A stretch of DNA of 57,295 nt from a virus (lineage: Duplodnaviria; Caudoviricetes). The translations under genes and the position numbers were made by a program. Below are positions 9,597 through 17,734 of this stretch, in pieces. The stretch is taken from the IMG/VR virus record IMGVR_UViG_3300022602_000110, positions 1 through 57,295 of that record. One strand, 5' to 3'. Below the pieces are notes generated by a model that did not search any database, had not been told where the DNA came from, and was given only the letters and a program-made list of their open reading frames with translations. Positions within the stretch are counted from its first letter, which is position 1. Every line of letters begins with the position of its first letter.

Positions 9597-10405
9597 AGAC
9601 TCATTCCTAAAAACTTACTGTGGAATCCTAAGCTCTCAGGAGTTGCCATTGCTTTGCTAGCCGCTCTGGCCGCACGTTTACGCATAGCATTAGGTGTTTG
9701 ACTTACCTGCCCAGCAACTTTACCGCCAGTACGTTTTGGAGCCGGGGCAGGTGCTTGATTGCTTGCGCTCACTGGACTATTTTGAGTAGCTGGAGCTTGC
9801 TGTCCGCTTAGATTTTGAGCCATTTGACCAAATGCACCGGCGCCAGCATCAGCAGGAGCTTGAGCTTGTTGTGCAGGAGCTTTTGGTGAAAGCATCTTTG
9901 TTAATCCATCTAATTCTTTTTGGATTGCTTTCATTTGTTTTTGTTTAGCTGATATCTGAGCTTTGATACTTTGAGGAGTAGGTTGAGCGCCGCCTTGTTG
10001 TGCTGGAGCAGATTGTGCAGGAGCACCTCCACTCATTGCATTACTGAATCCTTGTTTAAATGCACCACCTGCTGTTTGAGCCGGAGCAGATTGTGCAGGA
10101 GCACCACCACCTGATCCGCCTGAGCTTCCACCTTGTAGTCCTTGAGCAAAACTACCACCTGCTGTTTGAGCCGGAGCAGATTGTGCAGGAGCATTGCCAT
10201 CAGGACCTCCAGCAATAGTATCAGCGGCTCTGTTGTAGCCTTTTCCAATTGCTCGAACAAACCCTGCTGGAACACCTGCTACAGCACCTACTGCTTGTCC
10301 TACACCTCCGATTCCTTTACCTACAGCTGAACCAGCACTTTTAACTTTATCCCATATAGGACCTTCTTGCAATTCAGATTCTACGATAACTTCAGTAATT
10401 CTCAT
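9593..10405 (-). CDS. Low-complexity A/G/Q-rich late protein, possibly an internal head protein
   Basis: N-terminus MRITEVIVESELQEG; APAQSAPAQ repeats; perfect TATAAATA upstream. Confidence 0.6.
   Translation of the reverse strand: MRITEVIVESELQEGPIWDKVKSAGSAVGKGIGGVGQAVGAVAGVPAGFVRAIGKGYNRAADTIAGGPDGNAPAQSAPAQTAGGSFAQGLQGGSSGGSGGGAPAQSAPAQTAGGAFKQGFSNAMSGGAPAQSAPAQQGGAQPTPQSIKAQISAKQKQMKAIQKELDGLTKMLSPKAPAQQAQAPADAGAGAFGQMAQNLSGQQAPATQNSPVSASNQAPAPAPKRTGGKVAGQVSQTPNAMRKRAARAASKAMATPESLGFHSKFLGMSL
10064..10193. repeat. 40 bp perfect direct repeat (10064-10103 and 10154-10193) encoding APAQSAPAQTAGG; a partial third copy at about 10004-10025
   Basis: accacctgctgtttgagccggagcagattgtgcaggagca occurs twice, 90 bp apart. 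Confidence 0.9.
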
Positions 10406-10433
10406 TTTATATTCCTCAAAGAGTGTATGATTT

Positions 10434-10441
10434 TATTTATA
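10434..10441 (-). promoter_or_regulatory. T4 consensus late promoter TATAAATA
   Basis: Exact gp55 consensus, 28 nt upstream of ATG 10405. Confidence 0.8.
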
Positions 10442-10444
10442 CTG

Positions 10445-10885
10445 GTTAATGAGCTAAAGCTCATTTGTTTCTTCGATTACATCTTCGAAACAATATTATC
10501 ATCGTAGATGATTTAAGTATTATCCAGATTCTATGGTCACACTTCGCCCTGCCGGGCGAAAAAAAATGACATTATCCGAGTTCGACAAGTCACTTAGTGT
10601 TAGAGCAGTTACAGTGGCGGTTGACCGGTACCACGAGCTCCGTCTTCATTCAACGGCGGCTTACATATATACACTAACATATATGTAAACGTAGGGTTTT
10701 TCTCCCTTCCTTTTGCCTTTAATCCATCTTCAAACAACTAAATCGCAGGGCTTGATAAGCGATCTTCATCCTTTCGGGTAGTAGTTGAGTACTCTTGCGG
10801 CAAGAGATTTCCGTCCCTGCGATCCGAGATCCAGGTTTAGGGCGCCTGATGTTTGCTGGCGCTTGCTTGTTACCGCTTAAGGAGC
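10445..10885 (-). ncRNA. Candidate large structured ncRNA (family not recognised)
   Basis: No ORF of 60 aa or more in the track; locally richer in G+C. Many stems: TTCGCCC/GGGCGAA with a GGCA loop on the minus strand (10543-10560), a 10 bp stem (10661-10688), ATCGCAGGG/CCCTGCGAT (10742-10750 with 10815-10823), CTCTTG/CAAGAG (10792-10806). Strand is inferred. Confidence 0.55.
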
Positions 10886-11314
10886 CTAAATTTTAGATTT
10901 TATGTGAGAGCCATGGACACGGACTTGGATATGTCCGTTATAATAATTGTCTGATTCTAATACTTTGCGGTCGAATTGTTCGCGGGCCTCAATGTACGAT
11001 GTTTCTGCTTTACTTTTACAATAGTAGAGAATTTCTCGTGTGAATTTGTCTTTGCCTAGTGTGTCTATATCTGCTGTTAGATTTGGACTTGAGCCATAAT
11101 ATTCTTGCCAGTCGGAGTCAATCTTACTCCTAATCTTCTTTTTCTTCTTTGTGCCGTTCTTTAACTTTACAGTCTTGTAGGTCGTTTTACTAAATTTTGC
11201 TAATTTTTTGCCAATATACATCCTACCCGAGACTGTATTTGTAATTAGATATACAAATCCAACACAGTCTTCGGGGAGTTCTTCAACTAAATTGCCTTGA
11301 TAAGTCCAAGTCAT
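10886..11314 (-). CDS. GIY-YIG endonuclease (T4 endonuclease II/DenA-like or Seg-like), 142 aa
   Basis: Motifs GFVYLITNTVSGRMYIGKK, YYGSS, FTREIL and YYN. Confidence 0.85.
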   Translation of the reverse strand: MTWTYQGNLVEELPEDCVGFVYLITNTVSGRMYIGKKLAKFSKTTYKTVKLKNGTKKKKKIRSKIDSDWQEYYGSSPNLTADIDTLGKDKFTREILYYCKSKAETSYIEAREQFDRKVLESDNYYNGHIQVRVHGSHIKSKI

Positions 11315-11466
11315 CCAATGAACCAGGTATTTTTTATTTTTGAATACCTGAGCATAAAAGATTTTGTTCCTAATCTAAAAATAAAACCAAAACTACTTTT
11401 ATCAGATAACCTGTAAAAGTTAAATCCGTTATGTAACGCCTGGCCTTCTTCTCTTAGATAGAACAT
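11311..11466 (-). CDS. 51 aa hypothetical protein (below the ORF track cutoff)
   Basis: MFYLREEGQALHNGFNFYRLSDKSSFGFIFRLGTKSFMLRYSKIKNTWFIG*. Coupled to both neighbours by TAATG and ATGA overlaps. Confidence 0.75.
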   Translation of the reverse strand: MFYLREEGQALHNGFNFYRLSDKSSFGFIFRLGTKSFMLRYSKIKNTWFIG

Positions 11467-11660
11467 TACTTTGTAGCCTTTACCTCTTTGCGGGCATTTT
11501 TAGTTTCTGTAATTTCGTTACGGCGAGCTTTAACTGCCTTGCCCATTTCAGCTAATGCCTTACGAGCACGAGTTCCTGCCGCGCTGTTACCTTTTTCAAA
11601 CTTTTCGTTCTCTGCCATGTATGCTTGATATGCGGCTAATAGTTCTGCTTGTGATGTCAT
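11466..11660 (-). CDS. Histone H1-like Hc1-family small DNA-binding protein
   Basis: Motif EKFEKGNSAAGTRARKAL...RRNEI. Confidence 0.75.
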   Translation of the reverse strand: MTSQAELLAAYQAYMAENEKFEKGNSAAGTRARKALAEMGKAVKARRNEITETKNARKEVKATK

Positions 11661-11977
11661 TTCTTTTTTCCTTTTGGTGTATATTTGTTAACTCTACCTA
11701 GCCCTTTACTTACCCATTCGTGGAATTCGGGAGTTAATAAATTGGGATCATTCGGAACCAATGGATATACTCCGCGGGCTCTTTGCAATATTTCTTTATT
11801 AACGCTTGTAACTATTCCAGTAAATTCTTTTAGTTTAGGTGATATATTTTTAATCTTTTTTTTGAGATCTCTCGATTTTCGTAAGTTTGGACCTTCTAAG
11901 TAATCTAAGTGAGCATTATGTAGCTCAGTAAGGGCTACAATAAGCTCTCCATAGATCTGCTTATACTTGTTTATCAT
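11657..11977 (-). CDS. Basic hypothetical protein
   Basis: Coupled by ATGA overlaps to gp46 and to the Hc1-like gene. Confidence 0.65.
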   Translation of the reverse strand: MINKYKQIYGELIVALTELHNAHLDYLEGPNLRKSRDLKKKIKNISPKLKEFTGIVTSVNKEILQRARGVYPLVPNDPNLLTPEFHEWVSKGLGRVNKYTPKGKKK

Positions 11978-13755
11978 ACTGCTTCAACGAAGTCGATGTC
12001 GTTTGAATAACTGGTAAAACCGTTCTCTTTAATAACTTTAAGAACATTATTAACACGACCGATCAATTCGTCCTTGTGACTAATCAGATAAATGTTTTTG
12101 TTGCGTTCACGTCCCATCTTTTTAAGAACACCGATACCTGCTTCAACACCAGCCGCATCCATACCCGCATCGATTAGTTCGTCAATGAACAACAAGTTGA
12201 TGTGTTGATACAAGTTTTCCCAAACATCTCTAAACGCAAAGCTCAAACTTAAAATTAATCTGTTACGTTCTCCTCGACTTAGGTTATCAAAATCTAAATC
12301 TTGGCCTAGTTGAGTAATTTCAACAGTCAAATCATTTAAGAATGTAACAGTATGCGGCAATCCTAACTTACTAATGTAGTATCCTAGGCGTTTGTTCAAG
12401 TAAGTTAAGTTCTGATCAATGATCTTTTTACGAATAAAACTATCTTTACTGGTTAACAACTTGTATAAGAAGTCTTGATGGTCTCGCAACTTAGTCAATT
12501 CGTTGATACTATCCCAACTAATTTCTTGAATAGCAGTATGTCTTAATTCTTCTATCTGCTCGCTATAGGGATTATGCTCCATAGCCTTGTCTTCTAACTG
12601 TCTTTCTAGACTTGCAAGATTATTTTTATGACCTAACGCTTCGGATTCGTTTTCATAATATGTTTTAGGCGGCTTAGGAAGTTCGCCTATTGACAAAATT
12701 TCTTCTTGTATCTGTTTGCGCTGTGCTGTCATCTTTTGAAAATACTCATAAGCATCGTCATAATTCTTTTCAGCGGTAGCAGTCATCTCTTCATGTTTGT
12801 GATCGTGAAGGTCTTGAGAACATGCAGGACAAGTTTTATTTTGTAATTGTTCTGCTTCCTTAGTATATTTGTCTAATGTTTTCTCGGCCTGTGTGACAGC
12901 AGAATCTAATGTAGCTTTTTGTCTAGTAAGATCACGCAGTTTGTTATTGCTTTCGTTCCATTGCTTTAATTCTGTGTGTAAAACAAGTTCTTTATCAATA
13001 TCTACGCCCTGCAATTCCATAATTGCACGAGCTAGCTTTTCTAAATCATCGTCTTTTTTAACATTCCACGCTTTACTCTTAATAAGCAAGCTATCGATGC
13101 TCTTTTGTACATTGCTGTTAGCGGCTTTGATTGCTTCGATTTTAGCAGTTTCTTGTGTAATTGCGTCCTTGACCTCTTTAGTCTGGGTTTTTAGCAATTC
13201 TGCCTTTTCACTTAATAGTGTAATTCCTAATAATTGCTCAATAACTTCACGCTGTTCGTTTGCTTTTAGGCTTAAAAACGGCTCAGAATAGGTATTTAAA
13301 GCTACCAAATGTTTGAACATGGTATGGCTCATACCTAGCAATTGATCAATTGATTTTTGCGTTTCGCGACTATCTCCTTGGGAATCATCGTCTTTGTTTT
13401 CTTGTTCTTTATCGTCTATGTAGAACTTTAGCACGTTAGGTTTACGACCACGTTCTATTTTAAATTTGCGCCCATTCACTTCAAATTCAACGGTAACTAA
13501 CATATTTTTAGCATTAGTTTTGTTGATTAAGTTTTCTTTGCGAATGTTAGTTAACGCATTACCATACAAGGCATAGCTTAACGCATTGATAATAGTAGTC
13601 TTACCTGTGCCGTTACGACTTCCGCTGTCATCTCCTCCTAAGTCTAGGTTTTCGCCTAGCACCAAGGTGAGATGTTCTTTATCAAAATCTACTGCTTGCG
13701 TTTGATTACCTACTGAAAGGAAGTTTTTCACAGTGATGTTACGGATCTTAAACAT
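11974..13755 (-). CDS. gp46: Recombination endonuclease ATPase subunit gp46 (Rad50/SbcC)
   Basis: Walker A NGTGKTT, zinc hook CPAC, signature LSRGE, Walker B LLFIDE and the ISH motif. Confidence 0.95.
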   Translation of the reverse strand: MFKIRNITVKNFLSVGNQTQAVDFDKEHLTLVLGENLDLGGDDSGSRNGTGKTTIINALSYALYGNALTNIRKENLINKTNAKNMLVTVEFEVNGRKFKIERGRKPNVLKFYIDDKEQENKDDDSQGDSRETQKSIDQLLGMSHTMFKHLVALNTYSEPFLSLKANEQREVIEQLLGITLLSEKAELLKTQTKEVKDAITQETAKIEAIKAANSNVQKSIDSLLIKSKAWNVKKDDDLEKLARAIMELQGVDIDKELVLHTELKQWNESNNKLRDLTRQKATLDSAVTQAEKTLDKYTKEAEQLQNKTCPACSQDLHDHKHEEMTATAEKNYDDAYEYFQKMTAQRKQIQEEILSIGELPKPPKTYYENESEALGHKNNLASLERQLEDKAMEHNPYSEQIEELRHTAIQEISWDSINELTKLRDHQDFLYKLLTSKDSFIRKKIIDQNLTYLNKRLGYYISKLGLPHTVTFLNDLTVEITQLGQDLDFDNLSRGERNRLILSLSFAFRDVWENLYQHINLLFIDELIDAGMDAAGVEAGIGVLKKMGRERNKNIYLISHKDELIGRVNNVLKVIKENGFTSYSNDIDFVEAV

Positions 13756-13870
13756 TTTTATATTGTCTCATAAGATTATCTTTCCACGGAAGCATTCGGA
13801 GATTAGTAATTGCCGAAGCTTCTTCTATTGTCATTCCTTTTTCAAAACATTCCTTAATAGGAATAATTTT
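13748..13870 (-). pseudogene. C-terminal remnant of an HNH homing endonuclease
   Basis: Frame reads KIIPIKECFEKGMTIEEASAITNLRMLPWKDNLMRQYKNV*, resembling HNH (DH)IIP...NL...W.DN. The catalytic His and the N-terminus are missing. Confidence 0.6.
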
Positions 13871-13903
13871 ACCATATAACTGTTATATTTTTTATTTTGA
13901 ACA

Positions 13904-14917
13904 TTATAGGTTATTGTAAATTTCTAGTAAAATGCTTGGATCATACGAGTTAGATTCGATGTTAACAATCTGTTCTGTAACTATTTGATCAACACTTTCA
14001 AATTTTGCTTCAGCATTATCATCGATCGCCGTTTCTAAACTGTCTTTTTCTTGTATAAGACTAATTTCTCGTACATCATATTTGGAAGTAAATTCTTCCT
14101 TGATTAAATTTGCTTCTTCGTAACTAATAGGAAGATCTAAATGCACTTTAAGATGCATCTTGCTCTTCATTAATGTAGCTTCTTCGTCGAGTAATCGGCT
14201 TAATTTAAGAGTACGAAACTTAGGAGCATTATCCCAATCAATAAACTGAGGTTCTCCGTCCCATTCTAGTACCATCATACCTCTTGCATCATCCCATGTA
14301 TCTGAGAAGTTATGTGGAAATGCGTTACCTATGTACCAAATCTTATTTTGATTTTGTCTTTTGTGGAAGTGTCCGCTAAACACATAGTCTTGATGTTCGA
14401 AGTGACTGGCTTTTAATTCGCCATGATCTGGCATCTGAACCATTGCGTTCATATAGAACAGAGGTAGTTCAAAGTGACCAAACATATATTTGCTCTTGGT
14501 CTTAGAAATTTCTTTCCATTCTTCGCCAACAAGCCACGGAACGAGTGTAACGTTACCGCTAGTCCATACACTATCTACAACTGTTACACCAGGAATGTGT
14601 CGACCAAAAGCAGAACTATGAATAGTACGCTTATCCTTAAAGAATAAATCGTGATTTCCAGGGAACCAAAAGAACTGTTCAAATGCGGCTCCTAATTTTT
14701 CTAGGCACCGGATACTATAATCCATAGTGGTTAAGTTTATGCTATTTCGGTTATGGTGCCAATCTCCTAAGAAGATTGCTGTTTCGCAACCTTGTTCTTT
14801 GGCATTGGCAATAAACCAATCTACAAAATCTTCACAATCTTGGTTATGTGTTTGGCTATTTGATTTTAATCCAAAATGTATGTCAGTAAAACATGCTACT
14901 TTCTTAAACAAGTTCAT
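13904..14917 (-). CDS. gp47: Recombination endonuclease nuclease subunit gp47 (Mre11/SbcD)
   Basis: Phosphoesterase motifs TDIHFG, LGDWHH, PGNHD, GHFE and SGHFH. Start MNLFKK has an AGGAG SD. Confidence 0.95.
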   Translation of the reverse strand: MNLFKKVACFTDIHFGLKSNSQTHNQDCEDFVDWFIANAKEQGCETAIFLGDWHHNRNSINLTTMDYSIRCLEKLGAAFEQFFWFPGNHDLFFKDKRTIHSSAFGRHIPGVTVVDSVWTSGNVTLVPWLVGEEWKEISKTKSKYMFGHFELPLFYMNAMVQMPDHGELKASHFEHQDYVFSGHFHKRQNQNKIWYIGNAFPHNFSDTWDDARGMMVLEWDGEPQFIDWDNAPKFRTLKLSRLLDEEATLMKSKMHLKVHLDLPISYEEANLIKEEFTSKYDVREISLIQEKDSLETAIDDNAEAKFESVDQIVTEQIVNIESNSYDPSILLEIYNNL

Positions 14918-14934
14918 AGAATCTCCTAGTGATA

Positions 14935-14963
14935 AGTGTAACATGTATTAAATTGTAGATCAA
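14935..14963 (-). promoter_or_regulatory. Possible sigma70-type promoter for gp47 (TTGATC-17-TACACT)
   Basis: Near-consensus hexamers with a 17 nt spacer just upstream of the SD. Confidence 0.35.
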
Positions 14964-15877
14964 GCCCCGCCCTCGACTTCTTCTTCCGGATCAATTTCTT
15001 CGCTCTTAGGCATACGCATATTTTTATATAATTCGGCCTGCCTTGCAGTCTCTTCTGCATACTCTGCTTGATGCTGTCTGGTCATACTTGGAGTTAATCC
15101 GTGTTCTTGCAACATGTCATCTCGAATATTTTGATTTTTCTTTTCAATATTAAGAATACGAGTAAACGAATTGGTAACCGCGGCGGTATAATAGGCAAAT
15201 GGATTTTCGGATTTACTTTCATCAAACTGTAATCCGATTTGGCTTAGTTGTAAAATTGCCTGGCCTCTCATTTCTTCAATATAGGTATATCCGCGCCAGT
15301 TACTACGTTGAGCATATCGTTCGCTCAATTTAATAAACATTTTACCAAGATCTTCTGTAATGCGTCCGTGATCTTTATCAAACTTGCCGGTATCTAACGG
15401 GCCTTTCCAATGACTCTTGCCTACGCAGATTAAATTGTCATGATCGTCAAACTTCCAATGTTGGTATGGAGGAAAATTTACCTTTTCATGTCCGTCTGCT
15501 GTGCTTTTGACTGTTTTCTTACGTCCGGGTGCTAGCGGAATATGATCAAATGTCATGATTCGGATAACGATATCGGTTTTAGCAATAGTCTTGTAGTCTG
15601 GAATACACTCTGCTAATTTGATTTTTTTGTCACCTGCGGCTCTGGCCGCGTTAAATGCTTCTAGTCCTAAACGCTTTGCCCTGTTGCGTTTAGCTTCTGC
15701 AATAGTTCTGATATTAACTTTTTCTAAACTGGGCAGTATTATGTCGTGTTGCTTATATGCTTTATCTGTATAACTGGAAAATGATGCTTTACTTTTATGT
15801 ATTTCCGCTAGTAGATCTCTATTATTTAGGTAGCGTACTTTTCTACCAGGTGCGGATATTATCTGTGCTGTTGCCAT
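14960..15877 (-). CDS. gp55: Late transcription sigma factor, gp55-like (with a large insertion)
   Basis: YLNNRDLLAEI...RSNWRGYTYIEEM...FDESKSENPFAYYT...NSFTRILNIEKK. Adjacent to gp47, as in T4-like phages. Confidence 0.88.
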   Translation of the reverse strand: MATAQIISAPGRKVRYLNNRDLLAEIHKSKASFSSYTDKAYKQHDIILPSLEKVNIRTIAEAKRNRAKRLGLEAFNAARAAGDKKIKLAECIPDYKTIAKTDIVIRIMTFDHIPLAPGRKKTVKSTADGHEKVNFPPYQHWKFDDHDNLICVGKSHWKGPLDTGKFDKDHGRITEDLGKMFIKLSERYAQRSNWRGYTYIEEMRGQAILQLSQIGLQFDESKSENPFAYYTAAVTNSFTRILNIEKKNQNIRDDMLQEHGLTPSMTRQHQAEYAEETARQAELYKNMRMPKSEEIDPEEEVEGGA

Positions 15878-15928
15878 CTGTTGTGTGGCCTCCTTATAGT
15901 TATTGGCTTCTGCGAGCCTTTATGAGTA

Positions 15929-15958
15929 AGTATAACAGAACTGTTATACCAATGTCAA
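15929..15958 (-). promoter_or_regulatory. Sigma70-type promoter for gp55 (TTGACA-18-TATACT) overlapped by an inverted repeat with 9 bp arms
   Basis: tgtcaa at 15953-15958, agtata at 15929-15934; GTATAACAG-AA-CTGTTATAC at 15930-15949. Confidence 0.6.
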
Positions 15959-15976
15959 CCATTTAAGTGCATACAT

Positions 15977-15994
15977 TATTTACCTGGTTAAATA
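15977..15994. promoter_or_regulatory. Back-to-back late promoter elements: GGTAAATA (-, 15977-15984) and GTTAAATA (+, 15987-15994)
   Basis: TAAATA cores at the divergence point between gp55 and the baseplate block. Confidence 0.55.
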
Positions 15995-16015
15995 AGCTAT
16001 AAGGATAAAAACGAT

Positions 16016-17431
16016 ATGGCGTCTATTAATACTAGCATTAATGGTGTAACAGTTAGTGTTACCAAACAAGCTGACGGGACTATTACATGGTCTGCTGATT
16101 CTGTGCCGGGCGCAAGTTATGGCCCAAGTGGAAGTGGGTTAGTTCCTGGACATGCCGGCGGAGTTCTTGATGCCGCCACTATTAATGATTGGACAAACAC
16201 AACAATAAGCAGTCGGCAAGCCGCAATAAATTACGTAAATGACGCCCAGGCTCAAATTAATGATACTACTAGAAATCCACCATATGATCCTGCATATATA
16301 GCTAGTTTAAAAAGTCAAATTGCTAGCTCCGAAGCAAACATACAACAACTTACTGATTCTATATCACTAAGTCAGTCGCTATCTACACAAATTAACTCGT
16401 TAACACAACAAGTAAACAGTGCGGCAACCGAACCGCCAGCAGAAGCACAAACAAATGCAGAAAAAAATGCCGCAGATGCGCAAACTGCAAGCCCTGATTC
16501 TACCAGTACTACATCGACTCCTGTTCCAACAACCACAGGAACAGAAGATCCTACAAATCCTTCTACAACAGATCAGGATACCGCAGACAAATATGCTACA
16601 GCAAGTCCGGTAGTTGGGCCACCGCAAATACAAGTGTTTGATGACGGCAGTACATTAACTACTGATGCAAGCGGTAATGTAACCAGCACCGAATCAACAG
16701 ACAGTCCTCAGGCCAATAGATTGGCAGGTTTACCTCCAGGAGCAACAGCACCGGGAACACTTACCGCATTAAGTAGAAGTATCGGAGTTGAAAGCGGCGG
16801 GCAGTTAGGAGGTGCATCAGCAACTTGGTCTGGAGCGAAAGATATGCGAACAATAATCACTGTTCCTAAAACATATCTTGTTGGACCGGCCTCGGTTCTA
16901 GCTGGATTAGGGGGAATATTATTTCCATATACCCCTAATATCTCTTACGATAATCAAGCAAACTATTCTTCATTAAACCCGACACACTCAAATTTTCCTA
17001 TATATTTTTATCAAAAGAGTTCTATGGGTCCTATTACAATATCTGGAAAATTTTCAAATCAAAATGAAAAAGACGGAGCAATATATCTAGGAATTGTTCA
17101 CTTGTTAAGAGCGTTGACAAAAATGCGTTGGGGTACAGACAAAGATGCAGGTAGTCCTCCTCCTGTTTGCAGATTAAATGCATGGGGTGATTCTATGTTA
17201 AGTAATGTACCTGTGTCACTTGCAAGTTTTAAAATTGAATTACCAGAAGGAGTTGACTACGTTGCAGTTGGTACTTCTCCGCAATATCAAGGGTTGTTTG
17301 GAAATACAATGGTACCAACTATATCAACAATTAATCTTACGTTAAACATAATGTATAGCAGACAAGAAATGCAAAATTATGGTGTCGATGCTTGGCTCAA
17401 TAACACCTTAAGAGGAAAAGGATATCTATAA
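16016..17431 (+). CDS. Baseplate / tail-tube-initiator-like protein (gp48/gp54-type C-terminal domain) with a disordered N-terminal half
   Basis: C-terminal GILFPYTPNISY...GSPPPVCRLNAWG; lies just before the gp53-like gene. Confidence 0.55.
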   Translation: MASINTSINGVTVSVTKQADGTITWSADSVPGASYGPSGSGLVPGHAGGVLDAATINDWTNTTISSRQAAINYVNDAQAQINDTTRNPPYDPAYIASLKSQIASSEANIQQLTDSISLSQSLSTQINSLTQQVNSAATEPPAEAQTNAEKNAADAQTASPDSTSTTSTPVPTTTGTEDPTNPSTTDQDTADKYATASPVVGPPQIQVFDDGSTLTTDASGNVTSTESTDSPQANRLAGLPPGATAPGTLTALSRSIGVESGGQLGGASATWSGAKDMRTIITVPKTYLVGPASVLAGLGGILFPYTPNISYDNQANYSSLNPTHSNFPIYFYQKSSMGPITISGKFSNQNEKDGAIYLGIVHLLRALTKMRWGTDKDAGSPPPVCRLNAWGDSMLSNVPVSLASFKIELPEGVDYVAVGTSPQYQGLFGNTMVPTISTINLTLNIMYSRQEMQNYGVDAWLNNTLRGKGYL

Positions 17432-17733
17432 TGGCCGCAGTATATTCTAAATCAAGTCCGTATTATAATACTTCCGTTGCTGGGCAGTATCTCGATACAT
17501 GGAAAAGCATTACATTTCCGGCAAATACCTTTGACATACAATGGGCAATTACTCCTCAATATGCCAATAGACCAGATTTGTTAGCATACGATCTATATGG
17601 AGATTCTAATTTGTGGTGGGTGTTTGCTGTTAGAAATCCCGAAGTTATTAACGATTCGATATATGATTTTACAGCAGGGACATCTATATATCTTCCACAA
17701 CAAGCAACAATAAATCAAGTTTTAGGAATTTAA
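17431..17733 (+). CDS. gp53: Baseplate wedge protein, gp53-like (LysM-type)
   Basis: Motif RPDLLAYDLYGDSNLWWVF. Confidence 0.8.
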   Translation: MAAVYSKSSPYYNTSVAGQYLDTWKSITFPANTFDIQWAITPQYANRPDLLAYDLYGDSNLWWVFAVRNPEVINDSIYDFTAGTSIYLPQQATINQVLGI

Positions 17734-17734
17734 T

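Noticed and set aside
10004-10193. Direct repeats as a possible mini-CRISPR array
   Set aside because: They are in frame (90 and 60 bp offsets), encode a peptide repeat, and no cas gene is present.
10543-10566. GC hairpin with an A run, as a simple terminator
   Set aside because: On the minus strand the U run precedes the stem, and on the plus strand the stem is followed by As. The polarity is wrong for either direction.
10520-10580. TTATCCAGA and TTATCCGAG resemble DnaA boxes (TTATCCACA)
   Set aside because: Only two imperfect copies, embedded in apparent RNA-type structure. Not enough to call an origin; kept only as an alternative.
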